This document shows positions 1 to 10,936 of a stretch of DNA of 64,000 nt, piece by piece. The translations under genes were made by a program, and so were the position numbers. A model generated the notes under the pieces. That model saw only the letters and a list, made by a program, of their open reading frames with translations. It did not search any database and had not been told where the DNA came from. This DNA comes from the human T2T-CHM13v2.0 reference genome, Homo sapiens. The number at the start of each line of letters is the position of its first letter. Within the stretch, counting starts at the first letter, position 1. Location: the NCBI RefSeq assembly GCF_009914755.1, contig NC_060933.1. One strand, written 5' to 3'.

Positions 1-51
1 GTGGCGCTGAACGTGCCCACGGGCCGCAGCTTGGGTCTCTCTCGTTTTCCA

Positions 52-69
52 GGTGGTATGGCCGTAGAC
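52..69 (-). pseudogene. 5S rRNA 5'-end stub (first 18 nt only)
   Basis: ggtggtatggccgtagac is the exact reverse complement of 5S nt 1-18, and it is followed by the same upstream flank as the copy ending at 2494. Confidence 0.75.
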
Positions 70-907
70 AATGGCAGTGGCGCCTGGCTGGCCCAAGAGC
101 CCAGTCCAGCTACGCCTGCCTGATTCCAGGCGTCACCACCAACCCGGGAGCGCGAGGCTGGGATCAGGCACCCCGGAGCCGCTTGCCTGTGGCCCGGCTG
201 CTCTCCCCCTCTACGCCCAAGCACCACCATCGCCACGCTGCGCTTTTCGCCGACCTCCCAGAGCGTCCCGATGTCGCCGGCGGCCAGACCATGCGCGAGA
301 CAGCCCAGGCGCCAGAGGCCTCCATCCCCTGCCAGGGCTCTGGACTCTCCAGGCGGCCACCCTCTCGCTGAGACTCCAGGCCTTCCCCAGGCTCTTGAGC
401 TCCCGAGCTTCCAACACCTGGGGCCCGCTTAGGACGGGGTGTGCTCCGAGGCGTCAGGGCCCAGGGCCCGCGGTCCTGGGGTCCCCTCCGGTCCTCCGCC
501 TTGCCGCGGAAAAATTATTTTGGATTCCTCGCCGCCCCTCCTGCAAGGCCCCCTCTTGCCCCACACACCCAGAGCCGCCAGGGCTGCCCAGGGGCGAACG
601 GCCGGCCCAGCCCCACGGGCCCTTTTTCTCACAATGCTCACACCATCGTCGCTTGTTCTGACGGGGACCCGCCATGGCCAAAGGGGCAAGAAGGCTCTGC
701 TTTGCCCCGCCCTGGCACTAGAGCCCCGGCAGCCTCATCCTGAGAAAGAGGGGCTGACGGACACCCAGACACACCCCACCACTACCACGAGCAAACCCAC
801 CCTGACACACACACGGATACACACGGGTGCACGCGGGCAGACACACACACACACACACCACACCCGGGCACACACACACGGACACACAAAGACAGACGCA
901 GATAGCT

Positions 908-1367
908 TGAAGGGAGACCACCCCTCATATTGTCTTATGCCCAATTTCTGCCTCCAAAGAAAGAAGAAGTAAAATCTAAAAGGCAGAAATGAAATCCACA
1001 AGCAGACAGCCCCGCACCACACCCTGGGCCTGGTAGTTAAAGATCGACCCCTGACCTACTCGGTTATGTTATCTATAGATTACAGACATTGTATAGAAAA
1101 GCACTGTGAAAATCCCTGTCCTGTTTTATTCTGATCTAATTACCTGTGCATGCAGCCCCCAGTCACGTACCCTCTGCTTCCTCAATCCATCACGACCCTC
1201 TCACGCGGACCCCCTTAGAGTTGTAAGCCCTTAAGAGGGACAGGAATTGCTCACTAGGAGAGCTCAGTTTTTGGAGACGTGAGTCTGCTGATGCTCCCAG
1301 CTGAATAAAGCCCTTCCTTCTACAACTCGGTGTCTGAGGGGTTTTGTCTGCAGCTCCTCCTGCTACA
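908..1367 (+). mobile_element. Solo LTR, LTR2 family (HERV-E, ERV1)
   Basis: Begins gggagaccacccctcatattgtcttatgccc and ends cctgctaca. AATAAA at 1304-1309. GAAG(G) occurs at both junctions (909-913, 1368-1372). Confidence 0.85.
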
Positions 1368-2374
1368 GAAGGAAAGCAAAGGAGAGAGGGATGGAGAAAT
1401 AGAACCAGAGGGAGAGAGAGAGACAGCGATAGAGAGAGAGAGAGAGATAGAAAAGGGGGGAGGAGAGAGAGAGGGGGGAAGAGAGAGCACCACAGTAGAG
1501 CACGAGGTGGAGGGGGAAGTAGAGAAAGGGAGAGGGTGAGGGAGTTGTGGAGCGACAGCGACAGAGCCTTGGAGAGGGAGGCTCTGCTCAGGTAGACAGG
1601 GCACCTTTCAGCAGGCCGGGGTGGGGTGCAGGGTTCTTGGGCCGGGCTAGAACAGGGGGTCAGGGCCCCCCAGCCAGGAAAACCAATGGAGCCCTGAGAC
1701 GTGTTTTTTTTTCTTGGATTGGTTGGTTGCTTTGGGGGTGTGTTTCATAAGGTCCTTCGTTTGCTTCTTTCTGTCTCCTTGATGCGATGGGCCCCGAGAT
1801 TTGTAGAGTGTGCTCCTGTGTCTGGCGGGAGCCGTGGCGCCGAGCCTGTCCACGGGGCGAGGCCTGGGTCTCTCTCCTGTCCTCCGGACTGGAGTTTACA
1901 CGAAGTCGGTGGCATTGGGAAACAGGGTGCACAGGGACGGTTTTCCTCGTGGCTGGCGAAGAAAATGTCCTTCCTCTGGGGAAAGCAGCCCTCGGGTTCT
2001 GGAGCGGAGGTCTTGGCTGGGGTCTGTGGCACCCGCTGCCCCTGCTCGCCCCTTCCACCGGCTTGGACGGTTGCAGTGACGCTGAATGAATGAATACAAT
2101 TGCCTGGGAGTCCGGGGAGCGTGAAGACACCCGGGACCTCAGGGAACCCGCGCCTGCACCCTCGGGGTTGGTCCCGTCCCGCCCGGGTTGGGTGGGGCTG
2201 CCGCGAGTCGGAAGAGGTGGGATGCTGCTGCCTGGCGGTGCTGCAGTGGCGGATCTTCAGGAGGAGGACCTGGGCTTCTGCTGGGGCGCGGGGGCGGTCA
2301 ACCGGGAGCAGAGGCGGGGGGCAGTTGGGAAGCACGGAGACAAAAGGAGGAAAGAGGGAGGGAGCGGGAAGCCA

Positions 2375-2494
2375 AAAGCCTACGGTACCGCTATTACCAG
2401 GCGGAATCCCATCCAAGTACTAAACAGTCCCGACCCTGCTTAGCTTCAACAGATCAGAGGCGAGCCGGCGCGTTCAGGGTGGTGTGGCCTAGAC
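2375..2494 (-). rRNA. RNA5SP283: 5S rRNA pseudogene (full length, diverged)
   Basis: Reverse complement of 5S rRNA with intact box A (cgaccctgcttagct), 2 mismatches in box C, other substitutions and indels, and a T4 terminator (aaaa 2374-2377). The numbered symbol is provisional because paralogous copies exist. Confidence 0.9.
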
Positions 2495-2514
2495 GCCAGC
2501 AGCGGCACCTGGCT

Positions 2515-2526
2515 GCCCCAAGAGCC
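2515..2526 (-). promoter_or_regulatory. 5S rRNA gene upstream D-box (GGCTCTTGGGGC)
   Basis: gccccaagagcc lies at -21 to -32 from the 5S +1 (2494). A one-mismatch copy lies at 90-101, the same distance from the stub at 69. Confidence 0.8.
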
Positions 2527-2880
2527 CGGCCCAGCCAAGCCCGCACGACTCCAGGCGTCACCGCCACCCCGGGGCCGCGGGTCTAGGATCCGGGACCCCC
2601 AGAGGTGCTCGCCCGTGCCCCCGGGCAGCTGTCTCCCTCTACACCCGAGGACCGCCGGCCTCCCAGAGAGTCCCGCCGTCACCGGTGGCTAGGCCTGGCT
2701 CAGGACCAATGTGGCACCACCCTGCTGTTGCTGGGGGGCGCCGGAGGCCTCTGTCCCCTGCGCAGGCTTCCGGCTCTAGGGGCGGCCTCCTTTCCGCCCA
2801 CGCTCCAGTCCTTCCGGGAGCTCCGGAGCTCCGGGGCTTCCACCACATCTGCCGGCTCAGGACGGGTCGTGTTCATCCCT

Positions 2881-4740
2881 TAACTTTTTAACTTTTTGTT
2901 GTTTCTATTTATATTTTATTGTGCTATGTCTTGAAATGTTGTTGTAGCTATTACTTTTGATTGGATATTATTTAGTATTCCTACTTTAAATAAGAGTAGT
3001 TTGCACACCACACAGCTATAGTGTTATAATATTCTGTTTTGTTTTGTATCCTATTAGCAGTGAGGATTTTTTTTTACCTTTAGGTGATCATTTATTACTC
3101 ATTAATGTCCTTTTCTTCCTGACTGAAGTACTCCCTTTAGCATTCCTTTAGGACAGGTATGGTATTCATAAAATACTTCAGCTTTTGTTTGTCTGAAAAA
3201 GTCAGTATTTCTTCTTTTTTTTGAAGAACATTTTCACTGTACATTCTATTCTAAGGTAAAAGTTTCTTTCCTTTAGTACTTTAAATATTTATTGCTTCTC
3301 TGTCCTGGCCAGTAGAGTTTCCACTGTAAAGTCTGCTGCCAGACGTGTTGGAGCTCCCCAGTAGGTTATTTGTTTCTTTTCTCTTTCTTCCTTAAGAACT
3401 TTTATCTTTGACTTTTGGAAGACTATTGAATGCTTTGAAGTAGTCTTTTTTGGGTTAAATCTGCTTAATGTTCTATAACATTTTTGTAGTTGGATATGGC
3501 TGTCTTTCTCTAGGTTTGGAAAGTTCTCTGTTATTATCCCTTTGAATAAATTTTTCTACCCCTGCCTCTTTCTCTACATCTTCTTTAAAACCAATAACTC
3601 TTAGATCTGTCTTTGTGAGGCTATTTTCTAGATCCTCCCCTGCCTCTTTCTTTACATCTTCTTTAAAACAAATAACTCTTAGATCTGTCTTTGTGAGGCT
3701 ATTTTCTAGATCCTGTCGGCATGATTTGTTGTTTTTATTCTTTTTCTTTTGTCTCTTCTATGTATTTTCAAAGAGCCTGTCTTCAAGCTCACTATTTCTT
3801 CTGCTTGATCCATTCTGCTATTACATGGCTCTAATGCATTCTTCAGCATGCCAATTGCATTTTTCAGCTCAGAATTTCTGCTTAATTTACTGTAACTATT
3901 TCAATCTATTTGTTGAGTTTAGCTGATAAAATTTGGAATTTCCTTACTTTGTTATCTTAAATTTCTTTCAGTTTTTTTTTAAATACAGCTATTTTGAATT
4001 CTCTGTCTGAAACATCACATATCTCTTTTTCTCCAGGATTTGTCCCCAGTGCCTTATTTAGTTCACTTGGTGAGGTCATGTTTTCCTGGATGGAGTTGAT
4101 GCTAGTAGATGTTCTTCAGTGTCTGGACATTAAAATCTTGGGCATGCAACACCATATGAGAGGTTTAAAAAATAAAATTTAAAGAGAGAAAAGGTGAGTA
4201 TTTATTGTAGTCTTCACTGTCTGGGATTATTTGTAGCTGTCTTTCTTGGGAAGGCTTTTCACATATTTGAAAAGAGTTGGGTGTTGTGATCTAAGCCATA
4301 TCTGCTTTATGGAGCACCTTATACCCAATAATGCTGTAATTCTTCCAGACTCAGAGAAGTACCACCTTGACAGCCTTCAACAAGACCCAGGAGAATTTTC
4401 TGGATTACTAGCTACAGACTCTTTCCCTACCCTTATTTTCTCTCAAAGATACAGTCTTTCTCTCTGTTCTAAGCCACCTAAAGCTGGGAGAAGAAAGACA
4501 CAAGCACCTCAGGCCACCACCACTATGACTGCCCTGGATCAGACCTGAAGCTAGCACAGCACGGGTCTTGCTCAAGTCCTGCTGCATGCACTTTCTGACG
4601 ACTCCCTATGTTCACTCAAGGCCTTTGGTCTCTACAATTAGCAGGTGGCAAAGCCAGACAGGCCTGTGTTCTTTCCTTTAGGGCAGTGAGATCCCTCAGT
4701 CCCTGGCTAGGTCCAGAAGTGCTATTCAGAAGTCAGGGCT
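2881..4740 (-). mobile_element. Old L1 (L1M-type) 5'UTR/ORF1 fragment
   Basis: L1 ORF1 antisense pattern; the same family as the + strand L1 5' region at 16400-17900. Confidence 0.75.
3559..3714. repeat. 78-bp tandem duplication (2 copies)
   Basis: cccctgcctctttc...ttttctagatcct starts at 3559 and again at 3637. Confidence 0.9.
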
Positions 4741-7004
4741 TTGGCCACTTTTTAATAGGGTTTTTTGTTTTTCTCTTGTAAATTTAAGTTCCTTATATTG
4801 AATATTAGATCTTTGTCAGATACATACTTTGTAAATATTTTTTCCTCATTCTATAGGTTGTCTGTTCACTCTATTGATGATTTCTTTTGCTGAGCAGAAG
4901 CTTTTAAGTTTAATGAGATCCCACTTGTCAATAGTTGTATTTGTTATTTTTGGTGTCTTTATCATGAAATCTTTGCCTCTTTCTATGTCCAGGATGGTAT
5001 TGTCTAGGTTGTCTTCCAGAGCTTTTATAGTTTTGGGTTTTACATTTAAGTATTTAGTCCATCTTGAGTTGATTTTTGTATATGGTATAAGGAAGAAGTC
5101 CAACTTCAATCTTCTGCATATGGCTAGCCAGTTATCCCAGCACCATTTATTGAATAGGGAATCTTTTCCCCATTGATTGTTTTTGCCACCTTTGTCAAAG
5201 ATTACATAGTTGTAGGTATGTGGTCTTACTTCTAACCTCTCTATTCTGTTCCACTGGTGTATGTGTCTGTTTTTGTGCTAGTACCATGCTGTTTTGGTTA
5301 CTATGGTGCTGTAGGTTAGTTTGAAGTCGGGTAATGTGATGCCTCAAGCTTTGTTCTTTTTGCTTAGGATTGCCTTGGCTACTTAGGTTCTTTCTTGGTT
5401 CTATATGAATTTTTAAATAGCTTTTTTCTACTTCTGTGAAGCATGTCATTGGTAGTTTAATAGGAATAGCTTTGGACAGTACAACAATTTAAATGATATT
5501 AATTCTTTCTCTCCATTAACATGGAATGATTTTTCATTTATTTGTGTCTTCTCTGACTTCTTTGAGCAGTGTTTTGTAATTTTCATTGTAGAGATTTTTC
5601 ACCTCCCTGGTTAGCTGTATTCCTATGTACTTTATTCTTTTCGTGGAAATTGTGAATAAAATTGCCTCTCTGATTTGGCTCTTAGCTTGGCTCTTCTTGG
5701 TGTATAGGGATGCTAGCAAATTTCGTACATTGATTTTGTGTCCTGAAACTTTGTGGAAGTTTTTTATCAGCTTAAGGAGTTTTGGGTCACAACTATAGGG
5801 TTTAGATACAGAATTATGTTGTCTGCAAACAGAGGTAGTTTGACTTCTCTTTCTATTTAAATACGCTTTATTTCTTTCTCTTGTCTGGTTGCTCCAGAAA
5901 GGACTTCTAATACTATGTTGAATAGGAGTGGTGAGAGAGGGCATCCCTGTCTTGTGCGGGTTTCAAGGAGGATGCTTCTAGATTTTGCCCATTTAGTATA
6001 ATGTTGGCTGTGAGTTTGTCATAGGTGACCTTTATTATTTTGAGGTATGTTCCTTTGATACCTCATTTATTGAGAATTTTTAACATGAAGCTTTGTTGAA
6101 TTTTACTGAAAGTCTTTTCTGCATCTGTTGAGACAATCATGTGGTTCTTATCTTTAGTTTTATTTATGTTATGAATCACATTTTATTGATTTGCCCATGA
6201 TGGACCACCCTTCCATTCCAGGGAAGAAGCTTACTTCACTATGGTGAATTAGCCTTTTGATGTGTTGCTAGATTCAGTTTGCAAGTATTTTGTTGTGGAT
6301 TATTGAATGGATGTTCATCAAGGATACTGGCCTGAAGTTTTCTTTTTTTGTTGTGTCACTGCCAGGCTTTGGTATCAGGATGATTCTGGCCTCATAGAAC
6401 AAGTTGGGGAAGAGTCCCTCCTCCTCTATTTCTTGAAATAGTTTCAGTAGGACTGGTACTGGCTCTTCTTTGTACATCTGTTAAAATTTGTTAATCTATC
6501 AGGTCCTGGGCTTTTTGGGGGGTTGGTAGGCTATTTATTACGGATTCAATTTTTGGAGCTTATAATTGGTCTGCTCAGAGACTGAATTTCTTCCTGGTTC
6601 AGTCTCGAGAGAGTATATGTGTCCAGGAATTTATTAATCTCTTCTAGGGTTTCTAGTTTGTGTGTATAGAGGTGATCGTAGTAGTTACTGGTTGTTATTT
6701 TTATTTCTCTGGGGTCAGTGGTAACATTCCCTTCATCATTTCTAATTTTCTTTATTTGAATCTTCTTTCATCTTCTTTATTAATCTAGCTAGTGCCCTAT
6801 CTTAGTAATTTTTTCAAAAAACCTTGATTAAGTGATCTTTTGAACAGTTTTTCATGTCTCAATTTCTTTCAATTCAGCTCTGATTTTAGTTATTTCTTGT
6901 CTTCTATAAGCTTTGTGGTTGAGTTCTCCTTGCTTCTCTAATTCTTTCAGTTGTGATGTTAGGTTGTTAATTTGAGATATTTCTAATTTTTTGATATGGG
7001 CATT
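4741..7004 (-). mobile_element. L1 (old L1PA/L1PB) ORF2 internal fragment
   Basis: Broken ORF2 peptides such as [31 protein letters not shown] and [13 protein letters not shown]. Confidence 0.9.
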
Positions 7005-8089
7005 ACTTCTTATGCCCTACTCTAAATTTTGGTCTTCTAGAAAACTCAGAACTATGCTTTCTAAACCAATTCAAACTTTCTCAGTGAATCAACCTGGACT
7101 CCCTGAGGCCAAGTTAGCAATTTTCCATTACACGTGGTTCTCTTTCTCTGTAAGAATATCTAATGCAACAATGCAAGTGTTTCTTTCCCTCCTGGTAATG
7201 CGGGGAACTCCTTTTGGCTGAGACCAAGACTTAAAACCTTGTTCTTTCAACATTAATGAAGATCTATTTAGAAAGCCTCCATTTTTGCAGAAAAGATATA
7301 TAAACACCAATGAAAATCAATATGAAATTATATGACATACAATTATATTGTGGAAAGACTGAATAAATAAGTGAACTAAGCTCTAAGAAAAAAAGATGAT
7401 GATATAAAATGATATAGAAGTAAAAACCTGGGCTGGTATAGCATAATTAATGTATCAGTAAAGTATGTACATTGTAGAAGTGGTAGAAAGACAGCATAGA
7501 GAGTGAGACCTGACCAAAAGCTTTAAGGAAAGTTCTATACCCTTAAATGAGATTAAAGTGGACTCAGGAAAACATGGGCCACATGAGGGGAAGGACACAT
7601 GTTCCAGACGAGCCAAAGCTCAGAGCATCTCTACCTTCTCCAGGAGGAAAGAGGAGGCAAAGCAGCAGGCAGAAGACAGCATGGCCAGGTCAGCACAGGG
7701 CACCCAGGCCAAGCCAGGTGGGCTCCATCGTACAGGTAGTGAGGAGACACTGCCAGGTGGGCTTTATTCATTAGTTTGTTTTGTTTCCTTTAGTAACGAA
7801 GACACATGATCAAAGTTGACCTTTGTAAGTGTTGCTGCAGCTGAACAAAAAGATGGATAAAACCAGTGTTTTAAAAATTATGTTGTATAGAGCACTAGCC
7901 TCAGTGAGGTATTAGTAGAACACACAGGCACACACATGCACACACACTCACACTAAGCCCAGATTATTCTGGCAAATGCTGGGTTAAGCAAACTAAAAGA
8001 AACATCTTTACTGCTGGACTTCTCAGAACCTGGAATGTGGCTATATGACTCATAAAACAGCAAGGTTAAGACAGAGCATGTCATTTTTT

Positions 8090-8240
8090 CCCAGAAATGC
8101 TGAAACGCTTTCATTCCCTTGGCTTCAGTGTCACCTTCTTTCTCCTGGTTCTCCATCAACCTCTTTGGCTGCTCCTTCTTGATTTCCTTTTTGACAATCT
8201 GCTGCTGCTCAGCCATTCTCTTTTCATTCCCCATGGATTT
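8090..8240 (+). mobile_element. L2 LINE RT-region fragment
   Basis: cttggcttcagtgtcaccttctttctcctggttctccatcaacctctttggctgctccttc resembles the L2 'LSWFSSYLSG' RT segment. Confidence 0.55.
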
Positions 8241-9316
8241 CTCAAGTGCGTTTCTATTCCTGCATTTTAAACTTTCCTTGCTTTTCCTGACACCTCTCCT
8301 TGTCTGACCCACCCTTGTTCTAAGGCAGGTGTTCCATCTGTGTGCACTTTTGGCATCCTGGGATGCTCTCAGCATGTTCCCTGCCACACTCCATCAGGTT
8401 TTCTCCGCAGACTCTGTGAGGGCAGCAGCCCTGTCTCCACCATTCCTTCAATGCTCAGCACATAACACAGAAGCTGACTCCATAACATTTAGTTGGCCAA
8501 CCGAGACTAAATATATGTTCCTCTAGATCTTAAAAAGTTACAGAAACACAGCACAATAGACAAAATATTCTCTTTAGTCAGGAGTTCTCTATATATGTAC
8601 AACAGTTTGAAGTCATTATTAAAGCAAAGTGAAAGAGAAACTGTCACAGAATTCCCTAAGATAAATTATTTTGCTTTAGTCTTCATCATGTGAGATAATC
8701 AAGACCATGTGTTATTGTAAATATTTCTAGCTTACAACACAATGACCTGATTTTTATTGTTTGAAATAACCGCAATATAAATCAGTTAATTAAAAATTGC
8801 ATAAATAATCCTTTCAAATAAAATTCTGCCTAAATTTTACATTACTCATATGTTCAAATGATAATGAGCTCATAGGCTTTTCCAATACCTCAGTCAAAAC
8901 ATTGTACTGATTCCAGCTGTGGGAATAGTATCTGAAAGTTATTTTACAGATGGGGAACAGGTACTTACGTGACATTGGCCTTTGCACTACTGTGCGCTTT
9001 TAGGTCAGGAAAAAGCTGTTCCCTTAAAATCCTAAAATCTCTTCTGTCAGGTCTGAAGGGTGGGTGGGAAACACAGTTTTACAAATTTTAGCCACAGATA
9101 TTTTATTCCTTGCTTAAAGCAGTGACTAGATAAAGGCCACTAGAAGAGTCTCCAATGTTTCTTTAGAAGCGTGTGCCTGAGAACATCTTCCAGAAACACT
9201 CCCTTGTCTCTGCCCAAAATCACCTTAGGTAGGAAAATAGAAACTCAGCAGGCTGAGGAGATCCAAGGGGATCACTGAGCTCTGAGTCTTATGAGAGAAG
9301 AGAGAGAGGTCTAAGA

Positions 9317-9840
9317 CTTTTTGTGTATAAATTTATGGGTTCCAAGTGTAATTTTGCTGTAAGTATGGATGGCATAGTGGTGAAGTCAGGGCTTTTAAGT
9401 ATCCATCACCAGAATAATGCACATTGTACCCAGTAAGTAATTTCTCACTGTTCACCCCTTCCATCCCCTCACCCTGCTGAGTCTCCATTATCATTCCACT
9501 CTCTATGTCAATATCTACACATCTTTTAGCACCCGCTTATGAGTGATAAAATACGATGTTTACTCTGTGTCTGGCTTGCTTCACTTACAACAATGGCCTC
9601 CAGTTCCATCCATGTGTCTGCAAAAGTTATGATTCTATTGTTTTTTATGCCTGAATAGTATTTCATTGTGTATATTTTCTACATTTTCTTTCTCCAATCA
9701 TTTGTTGATGGGCATTTAGTTTGATTTTATGTCTGTGCTACTGTGAATAGTGTTGCAACAAATACACAAGTACAGTTATCTTTCTGATACATTGATTTCT
9801 TTTCCTTTGCATAAATACTCAGTGGTGGGATTGCTGAATC
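9317..9840 (-). mobile_element. L1MA-type 3' end
   Basis: Antisense L1 3'UTR motifs (ttccatccatgt, gtgaatagtgttgcaac, cagtggtgggattgctg). Confidence 0.8.
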
Positions 9841-10407
9841 AGACAGAGCCAATAGATGATCAGTAATGGTGGCCAATCATCAGCTAGAAAGAAAGTGCTT
9901 AGCAGGGCTTGAAAACACCAAAACTCTGAGACCACTGACCTTCAAAAACTTCAACAGCCCTGAGTGAAAAGCCCAAACACATTTATCTACCATTCAAAGA
10001 CGCTTCATTGTCTGTTCTCTGTGCATCTCAGTAGTCTCTTTTTACCACACTGTCTATATACTGCATGAGCCATTTATATGAAACTATCTGACACTCCAAG
10101 GCATCTTATACTATATATTCAACCATGTATCCCTAGTACCTAGCACAGTCCTGGCATATAGTTTGCTACTAAACTTTTACAGAATGAAGGAATTATCTTG
10201 TATCCAGGTTCCAAGTTTTAAGGTGATTCTTCACTAAAAAAAGTATTACAGTTCACAAATAATCTACTTCCCTTTTTACAAATGGGATCAATTTTAATCT
10301 TATCTCCTAATAACATTACTTTCATTTACTCTGATCTAAATATACTGTCCTAAGAGAGCAATAAGAAAGAGAGTTGAAGCTGGAGTTTGAAGAATTGTAC
10401 ATGGTCC

Positions 10408-10936
10408 TGTGATACCCTACCTTGTTTTAACCTGAGTGACTCTCTCCTAGCAGAGAGAGAGCCGGACAGACTCCATTTTAGTTTCTTCACGTGCATCCCC
10501 CTTTACCTCCCACCCTTAATTGCATAACTAGTGTAAACTAACTCAAAGCAGGTCCAGGAATGCACTTACTGATAAGATATTGAGGCAAGCTGCACCAGCT
10601 GCTCCTGGGTACGCACTCGGTGAATGTCACGCAAAACCCCTGCATTTCTCTCTTTGTGATGGTTTAAGCCCCTGCACCTGGAACTGTTTATTTGTTTTGT
10701 AACTGTTATTGTAACCAATTAATTTTTTAACTATTTGCCAGCTCTGCTTCTGTAAAACTTGTTTCAGCTAAACTCCCCCCTCCCCTATTTAGACCACGGC
10801 ATAAAAACAAAACCAGCCCCTTCCTCGGGGCCAAGAGAATTTTGAGCATTACATGCCTCTTGGTTGCTGGCTAATAAAGGACTCCTTAATTTGTCTCAAA
10901 GTGTGGCGTTCCTCTATAACTCGCTTGGTTACAACA
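10408..10936 (+). mobile_element. Solo LTR, LTR6 family (HERV-S71/HERV-T, ERV1)
   Basis: TG...CA termini, 4-bp TSD GTCC (10404-10407 and 10937-10940), internal AATAAA, LTR6-like 3' end (ctcaaagtgtggcgtt...ggttacaaca). Confidence 0.8.

Larger units (their letters stand above)
70..2880 (-). repeat. Diverged 5S rDNA tandem-unit spacer (about 1.2 units, GC/CpG-rich)
   Basis: 70-290 aligns with 2495-2690 (period about 2425 bp including the LTR). It contains a (CA)n tract at about 760-900 and a GA-rich tract at about 1370-1560, the tract types known from the human 5S repeat spacer. Confidence 0.8.

Noticed and set aside
71-2891. Many overlapping 60-220 aa ORFs; possible DUX4/D4Z4-like repeat
   Set aside because: Stop-poor GC-rich 5S spacer; no homeodomain or other recognisable protein, and the sequence is explained by 5S rDNA.
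7953-8387. 144-aa K/E-rich coiled-coil-like ORF on the minus strand
   Set aside because: It is the purine-rich antisense strand of an L2 RT fragment.
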